DNA from: Octopus sinensis
Taxonomy: Eukaryota
Direction of reading: 5' to 3'
Length of the DNA: 64,000 nt
Assembly (NCBI RefSeq): GCF_006345805.1
Contig: NC_043005.1
Coordinates: 10,416,001 to 10,480,000, forward strand
The notes below the pieces were generated by a model that worked only from the letters and a program-made list of their open reading frames with translations, had not been told where the DNA came from and ran no database searches. The translations under genes and the position numbers were made by a program. Positions 1 to 13,545 of the stretch are shown piece after piece; position 1 is the first letter of the stretch, and every line of letters starts with the position of its first letter.

Positions 1-600
1 GGATGGGTGGTACCTGAGAAATCACTTCCAATTGTTTTCTAATATAGCTATACAAAGAGTGTCAGGCAGTTTCACCTTGATGTTACCATGGTGACTGATC
101 CAAACAAACACAACTGTAAGGAGATCATATTCATGAGGTTAACTACCTCAGGTTGCAAATCAATTTGGAAGTAAGCTTATCAACAATATGATATAGAAAT
201 GTTAAAATTATATTAGTACATCATTGAGAAGTTTCATGACTTACAAGACTTTTGTGTTTGTGAAGTCAACTACTACAAACCTATCATTTTCATTAAGGCA
301 TATAAAATATTTTCTCGGATAAATGATCTATAGTTTCTCATGTCATAAACAATCGATAGTACTGCTGCAGATAGAAGTGTGGTGGTAGTGATAGTAGTAA
401 TGGAGGTGTTTGTGGAGTTGATTGACTTTTGCTGTACTTGAAAGAGAAAATAAGTCTTGATAAATGAATATAGTTGAGACTGAAAGTAACATTTTTCGAT
501 TGAGTTTTTTCAGAAATAATGTGTTATAATTTTTTTCTCTGTGAGAAAATAATTGTTTCCATTCATATGATTTGTTAAAATATAAAATAACCTTTCTAAT
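1..600 (-). mobile_element. Highly decayed LINE fragment, possibly APE-endonuclease region
   Basis: The minus strand near 1-60 reads roughly NNLEVISQVPTH, resembling the NL.Q....PT motif of CR1/L2 endonucleases. The remainder is fragmentary with stops. Confidence 0.3.
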
Positions 601-1532
601 ATTGATATAAGTCCTAGTCAAGTACATATGTGTGCGTTTTTATTGATTCTGTCCTCATCCCATCAAAACCATTTTAAGCCTTGAGCCAATGTTAGAAATC
701 AATATTGATTTTGTTTTAACTAGATAAAAGTGCATATTTTTGTGAGGGATTTTGTCAGTTGAAAGACTCAAGTATATGACAGCTACTAGTGTTTATTTTA
801 TCAACAGCAAATGAATAAAAGCCTCAGTCAATTCTTATGTGATTCAAACTTTGGATGTTGAAGACTGGTACCATGTATTACACTTTTAAAAGATATTACT
901 TTTTTTTTCCTCTAATTTGGTACAAAGTTATTTTTCAAAAAGAAAGGTTACTTTGAAAACCCTGTAACCTTTTATCCTTGAAGAGATAAATGGAATTCTA
1001 AATCCAAAGAGATGGAAATAAATCTTGTTAGTCATTTCATCTAGCAAGCTATCATTTCTGTCAGAGAATTTCCATATAGTCACTGAATCTGCTAGAAATA
1101 GCAGTTAAATCTCCATCTGATCACACTTCAGTGTCATAAAAAAAGAAACACTGAGTAATCCAATCTTTGGTGTACTGTTTTGGATTACAATGGAACAATC
1201 ACTGCTGGAATAACTTTGATCAGCTGGAGTTAAGCAATGATAACAACAATTCAAATTCAATTACCAATTCCATTGATATCAATTCTTTTGCATTGACATT
1301 GTCTGCAGTTTTATTAGGAATGGATACAGTTGATTTAATTAACTTTCACTATGCTAATTATGCTGGAGGGTTTAAAAATGATATGAATACCTGCAACATT
1401 TGAATTTAGAAGATGAAGAGACTTAGCCATATACTATAAAGCATTTTATCCAGTAATGTACTAATTGTGCAATATTTATTGATAACTTTAATGTTGATAA
1501 TAATTTTGTCTAGGATGATGTGTCTTGTACAA

Positions 1533-1583
<51 letters not shown>

Positions 1584-2171
1584 GAGTTTGTATATGAGAA
1601 GACAACTAACACAGGCTCATGCACAAATATACACATAGAGACAACATGCATGCTCATGCATACATGCTCTCACTCTACATCAGAGCATACCTAATTAATG
1701 TTGAGGATTCGTCAGCTTTGAAGTATGTTTTCTCACATGACTTCTGGTGTCACAGATACCTTAATATGGAAATATCCTTCCAATGTATTTCAAATGAAAA
1801 CATAATGTATACAGAAATACTAATGAAATTATTAATTGTGCAAATTGTATATTCTGAACAAGTAAACAAAAAAAATATAAATATAAGATATGAAAGCTTA
1901 AATAGATGAGAGAACTTATCTATATTGTTTCTTTCCTGTTAAAATTAGCAACCAAATCTCTCTTAATTCATACACCCTATCAAAGAATACATTGAGTAAT
2001 AAAGGTTTAGATAGATTATGACTAAAAAAGTGTCAAGATCTTCATAACTTGAGAGTATTTGATCATAGGTTTTCTCATTCGAGGCTGCCTGGAATTAATC
2101 AACAGTAATGTATAAGAAATTCAAATAAATCTGTTTGATCAGTTAAAAGTATGTTTAAATCTGAACTGTAA

Positions 2172-2572
2172 TCTTTATATATAAAAGTCAAGTTGTGTGA
2201 CTGTCTCCTACGATTTAGATTCCTAACTACTCCCACATTTTGCGGTGCAGTGTAACCAAAACCGGGTATCTTATAGTCGTGATTCATATCGAGCCCTTCT
2301 GGGTATTAGCGTGCATCTACGATGAGTCTACGATTTAAAAAAAAATTTACCATCATTTTTTTCCATTTTAATGTATTTTTTTCGCTATTATATAAGGGAA
2401 GTAACTCTCTAAAAATGTCTACGATGAGTCAACGATTTAAAAAAAAATTTACCATAATTTTTTTTCCATTTTAATGCATTTTTTTGCTATTTTTTGGCTA
2501 TAACTCTCTAAAAATGCTTATATAGTTATTTCCCTTGCACACCCGAGCAACGCCAGGTGATACTGCTCGTAG
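2172..2572 (+). mobile_element. Non-autonomous Helitron-like element, copy 1
   Basis: Starts A|TC-TTTATATATAAAA and ends with a GC hairpin (acccgagcaacgccaggt) plus a CTAG-like end before T. Homologous to 21414-21818 and 56476-56779. Confidence 0.8.
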
Positions 2573-2999
2573 TTTATAACATTAAAACATCTAATTTTTT
2601 CACAAAGATACATCAATATAATTTTGTGATGTGCATGTGTCATTTAATTCTTTAACTTGATTTAGCCAACATGGATTAGACTGCACTGAACATTATTTAC
2701 ATTTACAGAATAATACATGTCAACAAGGAAACAATACGTGGTTGCTTGTCATGCTAGAAATAGCAGTGAAATCTAAGTAAATGCTGTTTGTTTCGTTAAA
2801 GGAAACCCCATTTTGAGACTTTTACGATTTAAACTTTGAGACATTATCAGTTAAAGCGCTAGAAATACAACCTCTCTTCTCTACTCACTCATTTTGAACA
2901 GACACTGGTCTGTTTTGGTTTACATTCCTAAATAAGTGGTTTTGACTCCCAGGTGATATGTAAATTGATGCATTTACCAAAATGTTTTACTCCAAAACA

Positions 3000-4130
3000 A
3001 CAAAGCATCCACTGCAGAGCTATACTCAACCATCTTCTATTTTGCTCTATTGATAACTTTTGCTGAGCTTGAGTGGGTTCTATCAATCACAACATGTTAG
3101 ATTTTGTTCACTGGGAAATACTCAATCCAGTGCATTCCATGGATTCTAGTGTTGAACAGTTTTAACATTAGAATGTTGTGGTTGACATTGTTGCAGGCCT
3201 TACTGAAGTCAAGACATATCATATCAGTGTTTGATGGGTTTTTAAGTCTTTTGATTTTCCTGATGACTGTCTTTTTTCCTTTTTCGAGAGCCTAGTTCTA
3301 TTTGTACTAATGAGTTTTGTTAGAGCATGTTTTAAAAACGAATAGGTGACAATATTCTGAAACTGGTACCAAGTTGCTTCAGTGTCAGAGAATGTAAATG
3401 AAGAACCAGTTGATAAGCAACATATCTTGTCTAAGATCTCGTCCAGTCTTCTTTGTGAAGATTGGTGTTACTGAATGGGTATGCTGGGGTAAGAGTGATT
3501 GGTTTGGTTTTGGCATGTTGGAAACTAAGATTGAAGAGTACAATATCACAGCCACAGAGACGAGGTTTTCAACTGAAATCTTATGGTCAGAGCCAGAGTG
3601 ATTTGTTGATATCAGGTCGAAAACATTTCTGTTTTGTCTTGTTGGCTGAAGCACAAGTGGGGATTGGAAAAATTCATCCATGAAACTAAATAGCAATTCT
3701 TCTCTTTACTTGGTTTTGGGTATTTGTATGCCAATTCACATATGGAAGGTTAAAGTCACCCACCACTAATATGTTTTCAAAGTTGTGCTTTTGGAGAAAG
3801 GACTTGATATTTTTGAGGCACTCTGCAAAGCACTGTAGAGGTGCTTCAGAAGGCCTATAGAGACCGACTATAGTTATATCATTAGTTTTACTGCAAACTG
3901 ACAGATTCACAATAACCATTGTGAATAACCATATGTCCTTTGCATCCATGATAAAGGAATCATAGAGAAAAACAGCTACTTCGTTATTTCACCCAGTGTG
4001 GTCTGCATGACTGATGGGGTAATTACTTGATATTCTACTTGGTATTCATGTGGGAGTTGTTTTAGGTGGGTACCCATTAGGATGAATAATGGGATGCATT
4101 TCTGCAATCTAATTTTCTATGCATAGAAAC
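3000..4130 (-). mobile_element. CR1/L2-type LINE ORF2 APE endonuclease fragment (pseudogenised)
   Basis: ORFs 3686-3949 (IVGLYRP...VVGDFNLPYVNW) and 3385-3696 (QPTR..NVFDLISTN...SDHK) carry the canonical AP-endonuclease motifs and are frameshifted. Confidence 0.85.
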
Positions 4131-4312
4131 TTTCACTTTTGAGTATTAAGTGATGAGTTGATGTCTCACACATTAAGTTGGAATGTCAAAATGAAGGTTG
4201 TGTGAAGTATGTGTAATATTAAAGGCTTTGATTTATGTGTATTGTTGTTCAGTGGCAACACTGGGGACAGTTTGTGTATGGAGTCATTTGCGAGGAGTAA
4301 TGTTTGATTGAT

Positions 4313-4364
<52 letters not shown>

Positions 4365-4402
4365 TTCAAGTATTTCTTTTTTTTCAAGTCAAAACAAGGC
4401 AA

Positions 4403-4605
4403 GTTAAAAATACGGTTTGATGGTTTGTACTGTTACCTGGTATTTCAATATTTCAGGGTTTGGAGCCCTTCTCCAGGAATTCTATGGAGAAAAGGTGTTG
4501 ATTGTTGACTTCTTAGCTATCAGCACCTTTCCTGAAGAAAGAGTCCTAACCATGAAATATTGAATTACTAAGTAAAAGTACTAATCACCAACCTGTATTT
4601 TTAAT
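4403..4605. repeat. Imperfect inverted repeat carrying two decayed hammerhead-like cores
   Basis: The reverse complement of 4403-4479 aligns to 4529-4605 at roughly 75-80% by eye. An inner pair aaaggtgttgat/atcagcaccttt is also present. Confidence 0.7.
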
Positions 4606-4623
4606 AATTAACTTTAATATTTA

Positions 4624-4795
4624 AGGCGCAGGAGTGGCTGTGTGGTAAGTAGCTTGCCAAACAACCACATGGTTCCGGGTCCAGTCCCACTGCGTGGCAT
4701 CTTGGGCAAGTGTCTTCTGCTATAGCCCCGGGCCGACCAATGCCTTGTGAGTGGATTTGGTAGACGGAAACTGAAAGAAGCCTGTCGTATATATG

Positions 4796-4830
<35 letters not shown>

Positions 4831-5047
4831 TTGTGTGTCTGTGTTTGTCCCCCTAGCATTGCTTGACAAACGATGCTGGTGTGTTTACATCCCCGTCACT
4901 TAGCGGTTCGGCAAAAGAGACTGATAGAATAAGTACTGGGCTTACAAAGAATAAGTCCCAGGGTCGATTTGCTCGACTAAAGGCGGTGCTCCAGCATGGC
5001 CACAGTCAAATGACTGAAACAAGTAAAAGAGTAAAAGAGTAAAGAGT
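4624..5047 (+). mobile_element. tRNA-derived SINE family A, full length
   Basis: Head aggcgcaggagtggctgtgtggtaag with a B-box-like ggttccgggtccagtccc, an internal (TA)n(TG)n tract and an (AAAGAGT)n tail. Many copies in the window. Confidence 0.9.
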
Positions 5048-5071
5048 ATTGGTTTGGCTTTAAAAAAAAAT

Positions 5072-5432
5072 CAGTGGTAAGAAGCTTGCTTCTCAACCAC
5101 ATTTTTAGGTTCAGTCCCTCTGCGTGGCACCTCGGACAAGTGTCTTCTATTATAACCTTGGGCTGACCAAAGCCTTGTGTGTGGATTTGGTAGACAGAAA
5201 CTGAAAGAAGCCCGTTGTATATATATGTGTGTGTGTATATTTGTTCCCCCACCCACTATTGTTTGACAACCGTTGTTGGTGTGTTTATGTCCCCTGAACT
5301 TGGTGGTTTGGTTAAAGAGACTGATAGAATGAGTACTAGGCTTACAAAGAATAAGTCCTGGGGGCAATTTGTTTGACTAAAGGCGGTGCTCCAACATGAC
5401 TGAAACAAATAAAAGGATAAAAGAGTAAAAGA
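5072..5432 (+). mobile_element. SINE family A, older diverged copy
   Basis: Collinear with 4624-5047 but more substituted and 5'-eroded. Confidence 0.85.
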
Positions 5433-5455
5433 ATATATATGAGACAATACTTCAT

Positions 5456-5495
<40 letters not shown>

Positions 5496-6059
5496 TCAGT
5501 CTTGTTTTGGCACTATACACACACATATCAGTTTTGTGTCTTCTTTTCCATATTGCACACACACACACACACACACACAACACACGCTCACACACACATG
5601 CTTCAATATTCTTTATATCAATCTCATCTCTTAATTCATAATTTATTTAATATTTCAGTATCCGTACATTGAGTCAGGGTGGAATATCTTGTGATCTAAG
5701 TTATCAGTAAGAAGCGTGACTGCTGTGCTAAGTGGCTGATGAATTAATAATAAAAGATTAAAAGTTCAGTTGAAATAAACATGAAATGGTAAACATGAAA
5801 TGTATGGTTTTATAGGCAATGGTGCATTTGCAAGTATTATGACATACACAGAAATGCTACAAAACAAAGTCGATGGAAACTCAGTTATTTAGTAAATATT
5901 TAATTTATAGAGTTGCAGTTTCAGCTTACAACATTCCATTATATCTTGTATAAGAGTAATTTTATATTGGACACAGACATAGCTGAATGCTTCAGTTTAC
6001 TTTGTTGTCATGCGGTATCAAGTTTGATACCATGGTGCAGTATCATGGATAAATCTCTT

Positions 6060-6660
6060 TCACCATAGTCTAGTTGTGGGTTTGGTTGACCAAACTTTTG
6101 TTAGCCGCTCTCCAGCCATCTATTTAAAACTGTATACAGCTATGGTACGACCACACTTGGAATTCGCATTATCAGTTTGGAACCCCTATCTTGCTCAGAA
6201 CATTGACCTTCTGGAATCTGTTCAGAGACGTGCAACCAAACGCATACCCTCCATCAGACACCTACCATACTCTGAGTGCCTTGTTTCCCTGGGCATGGAT
6301 TCACTGAAGCTCCGGCATCTGGCGATGGACTTGGTAAACACCCACAAAGTTATCAACCACCTCACCAACAACAACACTGAACACCTTTTTGATCTTCATG
6401 TGTCTAACACACGTGGACATACCTACAAAGTCAGAAAACAACACAGCTCCCATGACTTTCAGAAACATTTTTTCACGCTCAGAGTTGCTGAAGCGTGGAA
6501 TAAACAGCCTGCGTCAGTTGTTGACTGCCATGGCACTGCATCCTTTAAGGCCCTCATGCTTTCCGAAATCCGCCGAAACTACACCTGATTATACATACAC
6601 TTTAGATGAGTTGTAGTGCACCTGAGCACTGTACACAATGTTTTTATTATTATTATTTTT
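6060..6660 (+). mobile_element. CR1-type LINE 3' end (ORF2 C-terminus, 3'UTR, (ATT)n tail)
   Basis: ORF 6076-6588 contains LYTAMVRPHLEFALSVWNPY...LESVQRRATK...TRGH..K...FF..RV...WN, the canonical CR1 C-terminus. It is followed by gtgcacctgagcactgtacacaat and (TTA)n. Confidence 0.92.
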
Positions 6661-7059
6661 ATAATAAAGCCTTGTGAGTGAAACTGGCAACTGTTTGGAA
6701 GGCTACCAACTGGATTGAACATGTAATTCAATGGAACAGCCTTGTCACGCACACACTCATACAATTTTTTCCATGAGAATTACATTAAGGGAATAAAAAA
6801 TCTGTGGAAATCTCAGCCACTTATATGTTAACTCATTGAGTAGGCTGTTCCAGTGATCAAATGACTTGAACACTCGTTGTCCGAGCCAATAGACAGTCGT
6901 GATTAATTTTGAGTCATGTAAAAGATGAACAGTACTCAAAACATAGTAGATTTAATATAGTTCCATATTTAATTATTGAAGTTAAATGTGTATATTGCCA
7001 TTAGCTAAAATACTGCCTGACAAATCTCAGGTTAGTATAGAATTTCAATCTTCATGATC

Positions 7060-7790
7060 ATCATCATATTTTTACACCTGCTTTCTATGCTCGATGGCTT
7101 GGATGGGTTTCTCCACTCATCCTTTGTCATCTTGTACACATAGCAAGAAAGAAAGATAGCCAGCTTTGTTGCTGTGTGTGTCATGTTTCTATGGTTAGAT
7201 GCCTTTCCTAGTACCAACCATTTTACAGTAAGTCTGTGTATTTTATCATAACATTGGCATAGAAAATTATCATTGGTGGAGCTAAATCATCTTGTATCAT
7301 TGTCCTCTCTACCCTGTACTAGTGTTTTTATTAGGAGTTGTTGCTCTCTGAGATGGATTTCCTGCTGCAATTTTAAGTTCACATTTGCACCTTTTGTTCT
7401 TTTCTTTTATTTTGCATGGGGTTTTATACAACTGGATATCCTTAGAAACCATTTTACATGGACTAAGGACATTTTATCTTGTCACAGATATCAAGAGAGG
7501 AAAATCTTTCATTCTGTCATGTACTACCTCAACTTATATCGATTCTTCTTCAGAACTGATACTCTTCTAGACATATTTCTTTTGCTGTGCAGTACCCAGA
7601 CTATACTTATCCCATTTGTTTGTAACTTTGTATTTGATATGGTTTCTACATGTGAATGTCCATCATGTTTTCAACCACTTTACATTGTGGACATGATGCA
7701 TTTTAATGTACCAGCAGCACCAGAGGTGTTGTCTGTAGCACAACTAAAGAGTTTTTTCGATCCTGTATTAGTTTCTATGTAGAATGTACT
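7060..7790 (-). mobile_element. Old RTE-type LINE 3' remnants
   Basis: catcatcat tail and tttctatggttagatgcctttcctagtaccaaccatt match the RTE 3'UTR at 49600-49780. Heavily decayed. Confidence 0.55.
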
Positions 7791-8080
7791 GAACATTTTA
7801 TACACACATAATTAAGATTAATTTGAATGATCAGCTCTAACTTATTATTCAGATTATTTTACACTGGACACTATACTTTACAAATACAAATTTGTAATGA
7901 CATGTTATGGATATTTTTTTATCAACTATTGTTTTGTTTTTTTTTGTATATTTAAGATGTCATACTCTTTTAACATTGATTTTTCATTGTATGTTACACT
8001 TTCAAGATGAATTCCTCTAATTTAATTTAATTATAAAAATTTTTTGTGAAATTCTCATTTCTTTTTTTTATTTATTTCAG

Positions 8081-8154
8081 GTTAAACAAAATATCAATTA
8101 TTATTTAGATTTTTGGATGGAATTACCAATAGCATCAGATTACTTTGTAGCATG
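8081..8154 (+). CDS. Candidate internal coding exon of an unidentified gene (VKQNINYYLDFWMELPIASDYFVA-)
   Basis: Strong acceptor ctttttttta tttatttcag|, donor |gtaagg and an open frame of 24 codons plus 2 nt. No homology recognised. Confidence 0.35.
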
Positions 8155-8279
8155 GTAAGGATCTAATTATTTTTGTCTTTATACATTACATTATGTACAT
8201 ATAAACATGCACTCATACATTTATACATTATACATACACACATGCACATACATTTGTATGTGTATGTATGCACACTCAC

Positions 8280-8313
<34 letters not shown>

Positions 8314-9597
8314 AGTTAATTTATTATTTCTGCCTTCCACTTATAAAATATTATGTTACTAGTTTGTATGGAGTATTCAAAGTTTGAATTTATAAAACTT
8401 AAAATTTATTCTTAAATCCACTGAGATTCTTCTTAACTTAACCATGTTTAACTCCCTTAACCATCACCCAATATTTTATGTAGTCCTGCTTCGCCATAAA
8501 ACTCCTTGCATACATACCTTTATGATGTTTAACTTACAATCTATATATTAGTTACACCTATGTCATTATTTCCCACAATCTGTGACCAATGTCTTTTCTC
8601 TCCTGTGCAGACTTGTTTATATACTTCCATATGAAACTCACTGACAAAGTCAAATCTTATCTCACGATATAATTTTCTAAGTGGAAAGGTAGAACATATC
8701 CTTAACATTCCTATACACTATATCATATTGCTTCTTAAATACAAAACTAATAACTTACAAGAATTAACTTTTTAAATGTTACATATTTATAAATGTCAAC
8801 TGGTTTCTAATATGGTTTAAATGAAAAAAAAAAATGGTATTCAGTCAGATTTATTGTACCCAAGAACCTCAGCATCAAGAAGAAAAGAACTAAAGGTACT
8901 TTAACTGTATGAGGTAACAAGGAAAAGCAGTGAGCTTCATCTGCACCCTAACTATAGTGAAAGCAACATTGCCTTGCTGTTGAATCTTTCTTCCCGATAT
9001 AGATGAAGCTTGAACATCCTGGTCCAAAACTCTTATCTTGTTTTGGATCAAAAAATGGTCACCTTTAAGCAGAATGAGGAGTAGAAAGGTAAGAAATCTG
9101 GTTGATTGGTCCTGTGTTAAACATGAAAACTTGAAGAATTTAGAGAAGATACAAAATGTCTCAAGTTTACAGTTGTCTGAAAGGGCAGAAAGAATCTGTT
9201 AAACAATGTAATAAAAAAGCCAAGACAGCAATTCTTCAGAAAGGGAGAATATTTGAGGGAAGGTAAGAAATTGAAAGTATCTTTCACAAAGTCTAGGAAA
9301 ATAAAAGGTTGACAGAATGGATTAGCAATCCTTTGAGTAATCTCGGAACTGAATACAGGAATACGCATATTTCAACAATGGTTCTTAGACTGACAAATAC
9401 AAGTCCCACTTGCACATCCCACTGCCAATCTGTCCCACTCTTTCATTAAAGGAAAAAGCAAAATAGAATTTGCATCTACATAATTTTTTTTTTTTTTCTC
9501 TTCACCAAAGATTTGGACAGCTTAAAATAACCATCTGAATTTTATTAAGCATGGAAATTTGTTTGCTTTGTTTTTCAAATTTCACAACTTTCTCTCA

Positions 9598-9635
9598 TCA
9601 GGGAATTCTAGAAGAAACACTGTCCAAGAAGACAT
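9598..9635 (-). CDS. Candidate terminal exon (-VFLDSVSSRIP*)
   Basis: Acceptor ctgatttgatttcttag|, stop TGA and AATAAA about 50 nt downstream (plus-strand tttatt 9541-9546). Phase-compatible with 9770-9844. Confidence 0.2.
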
Positions 9636-9769
9636 CTAAGAAATCAAATCAGATCACTTGTCATGGATATGATAGCCAGCATTGTGAACTGAGTTTTTAA
9701 TTCACAGACAGACCGTCTCCTACTAGGATGATAGATGCATCTTCTATCAGTGATCTCCGCAGCTTTCAC

Positions 9770-9844
9770 CTTGACTGTTGTAGACATAAACTACTTTAAA
9801 TCTCTGCACTTCACGGTTATTTAACAAATGATCATTATATATCT
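9770..9844 (-). CDS. Candidate exon (-IYNDHLLNNREVQRFKVVYVYNSQ-)
   Basis: Acceptor attctacttag|, donor |gtgaaa, phase 1-1, open frame. Confidence 0.2.
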
Positions 9845-10304
9845 CTAAGTAGAATTATGTGAGTGTGTTATTGCCTTCATGTGTGTATGTGTGTGTGTGA
9901 GTGTGTGTGAGTATTAGTATGTCTTAATAGGGTGTGGACTACAATACAACAGTCCATTACTAAAGTATTTTAATATTAGTGGTTTGAGGTGATATATGTT
10001 CTTGGTCAATTAAGTCCTTGACACTGTTTCACATCTTACCAGCAATTGGGAGAATATAAATTTCATGACTTCCTAGTTTATCTCCCTTTATAAAATGTTC
10101 AAATGTCAAATTGATGTAAGTTATTATTTTTTTCCAGTAATTGAATTGAAGGATTACATATAATTTTGAAAGTAAATAGCTGTGCTTAAATTATTTAAAG
10201 TCATATTTATTCTAAATTCTCTTTTAGGAAAGTATACTGTCCCTTCCTTTTTCATAAATTTTAAATTGGAAATATAGTGATTTATGTGGAGAGAATTTTT
10301 AATG

Positions 10305-10524
<220 letters not shown>

Positions 10525-10579
10525 ATATATATATATATATATTATATATATATATAGTGAGAGAGAGAGGAAGGGAGAT

Positions 10580-10622
<43 letters not shown>

Positions 10623-11361
10623 TATAAAACAGGTTGTACCAAATTGTAAGTTTATGAATAACCTTAAGTAGACAGAAATATGAGAAATAAAACTTTTTTA
10701 AAATAAACTTTTTTTATCCTGCATATGTCTTACACTCTACGTTTCACTCTTTATATATCTTTACACATCTCATTATTATATTATGTATTTATGTGTATGT
10801 GTATGCATGTATGTATGTCTCTATGGAGTGCAGGTTTTATATGTACTTATATATTTTAACAAAACCAGTAAAGAGCTTACCTATATGCCTTAAAAGTTTA
10901 TTTATGTCTTTCATAACAATTTGTCTATGTCAGTGATTATAATCTTATATAAAGAGACATTTATAGACATATGCTGTGTTATCATAAGGCAAGGGTACAC
11001 TAGATTGTGTTGCTTGGAGAACCCTTTCGTCTAGGGTCCAGTGCTAATCTATGTATGGTATGGTTGTGTATGAAGGCAACCCAGTACATTGATTTGCTCC
11101 CTAATGTTGTTGAGACAACTTTGTATATGTGTGTGTGTGTCTATAAATATCTCTATATATATCACTATAAATTTTTGGTTATTAATTTCCTCTTTAGAGT
11201 TAAGTATTAAAAAATAAACTAGCAATACAACATAAATTTTACATTTATTCACACCTGAAAGTTTCCTAGTTTGCCTCTGGTTTGATACTGTTTACACATC
11301 CAGGAATAAAACACCTGGAGGACTGATCAAATTGTCATATAGATGTAAATATTAAACTTAC

Positions 11362-11388
11362 TTTTTTGTTCCATATCTAAAGTACAGC
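11362..11388 (-). CDS. Candidate 27-nt exon (-CTLDMEQK-)
   Basis: Acceptor aataattttcag| and consensus donor |gtaagt. Confidence 0.25.
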
Positions 11389-11857
11389 CTGAAAATTATT
11401 ATCTTTACAATATTATATATAATCTGGTTTATATATATATATATCTGGATTTAACACATATAGCCTGGTTATGTGCATTTGTTTTACTCACTTTTTATTA
11501 TATTTCCTTGCATTCAATCGAATCATTTTCATAGTTGGAAGATGAAATATTCTTTCTTTTGGATTTCATGTTAACAAAACTAATAAAATAACTTCTTGAA
11601 CAAGATATACAAATATGGAATAAAATTAGGAATATAGATTCCAATCTATTGAATATTATTTAGACAATTGAAAGGCTTTTTTATGTAAGAGCTACATCAT
11701 CTCCAAATAAATATTCTAACTTCCATTATTATCTTCATCATATCTATTACCACTATCAATAAGCAAAAATTATATTTATTAACAATATTTAATTAAAAGG
11801 TTAAATAAAAAAAGTACTATTCTCAAGGGAAGCTACTCTTCAAATTTTTGTATTTAC

Positions 11858-11973
11858 TTCCCTTGTATAAGACTGCTAAGCTTTGCATAGCGATTTTTAC
11901 TATACAGATTTTGATAGCGCTTGCAGCGCTGTTACAGAAATATTCCTCATTCATCAATTTTTGATAAGGATTA
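11858..11973 (-). CDS. Candidate exon (-NPYQKLMNEEYFCNSAASAIKICIVKIAMQSLAVLYKG-)
   Basis: Acceptor tattttcatag|, donor |gtaaat and 38 open codons. Phase-compatible with 11362-11388. Confidence 0.2.
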
Positions 11974-13424
11974 CTATGAAAATATATTTTACTATTACTG
12001 TCTGTAACAGTCTCTGGTTGTTTTCCCTATACTACCTCAGTGAATTTTAACAAAAGCAACTATTTCGTGTATAACCGAAAATGTTTTTAAGAAAGAGTAC
12101 CATAATTGAATAATAATAGATAGGACATTACGAAGATATAAAAATGTGGTATTGATTATGAAATAACTATCTGTATATAGGTGTTAAATAACAATACAAA
12201 AAATCACACATTACTATCTTTAAAAGAAAAGGTCACTATTGTCCTTGAAAGTATCTGGGAGAGAAAAAACGACTGGCTGGTTAAGGTTAGAAAGCCATTG
12301 ATTGAAGGTCTGAAGAACGGGAAATAAGAAACGGTATATATAGTGGTAGTTTAGAAGTAGGCACATAGGTGTAGAGAGTGAGAACATTTTGTTTCATCTT
12401 TCAGTTTAGATTAGTTTTGGATTTCTTTCGTATATAAATTACTCTTGGACTTAATACTCTTCATTATTTTATTTGAAGCATCAGTTATATATTTCATTTT
12501 TTACAAAGGCAAAATGCCACAAATTCTAATGGAAGGAAATTGTCAAGGAAATTAATTTCAATACTTCAGTTGTACTTTGAGTCCTAAAACAGTGAAAGAC
12601 AAAATCATTATCAGTAGGTTTTGAACTTAGAATGTAAAGTATTATGACTAAATATTACAAAATGTATTTCTTGATTTATTCAAAAGAATACTTGTGACCC
12701 TTTTCCATAGCTTCTGAAACCAGTGGCAGGAGGAAAGGATAGGGAGCATCCAACACCTTTTCAGGACTTGTGAAATTGGCATGAGAAATAGAGGAGGTTA
12801 CTCTCAGACATGATGTTTTACCTGCATATTTCTAACAGCAGAGACTACTTGGAACATTATTAAGTTATATGGTAGTATTAAACCAGGTGATGGATTCAGT
12901 CTACCAATACTCTGCGGATCATGTCAATCTACCACCTTAATATTTATTGCAGCCTTTCACTAAATGTTGAAAACAGTATTTCCCCTTTGTTTTGAAATAG
13001 TGAAACTGATAATATAAAATAATGATTACAATAAAATTTAATTGAAAGTAAATGTTCTATCAGATTCCTTCTATTTTATTTTAAAATTAAATTGAGACAT
13101 CTGAGCTCTATTGTAATTAATTAAGAAATCTTCATTTTCAAAAATAAAAGTATGCTTGTCATTGCATAACACATATGGTACAGGGTTCACCAACAACCAG
13201 TGTTATTTAGACGTTCGCACTATGTAATTGCCAACCAAGGCTTAAGAGCTCATCATCTATCTGCCTCAGAGACATCATTGTCCCCCAGCAAATTTCAACT
13301 AGGTATTACAATGGTTTTTTTCTGGGGATCTGTAACCAGGGAGAAGAGACCTATTCTAGGTACTGTCAGGTAGAGTTATTTCAGCTCAGAACATATGTTA
13401 GGCACTGAAGTAATAAATAAGCTC

Positions 13425-13481
13425 ACACCTGATTATATATACACTTTAGATGAGTTGTAGTGCACCTGAGCACTGTACACA

Positions 13482-13521
<40 letters not shown>

Positions 13522-13545
13522 TATTATTATTATTATTATTATTAT
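13425..13545 (+). mobile_element. CR1 3'-terminal fragment with (ATT)n tail
   Basis: acacctgattatatatacactttagatgagttgtagtgcacctgagcactgtacacaatt is nearly identical to 6581-6640. Confidence 0.9.

Noticed and set aside
1167-1403. 78-aa ORF
   Set aside because: Non-ATG start, no splice signals or homology that I can recognise.
12308-12345. ctgaagaacgggaaataagaaacgg
   Set aside because: Core words are present but stem II cannot pair.
12820-13005. Minus-strand exon between a good acceptor and donor
   Set aside because: All three frames contain stops across the full interval.
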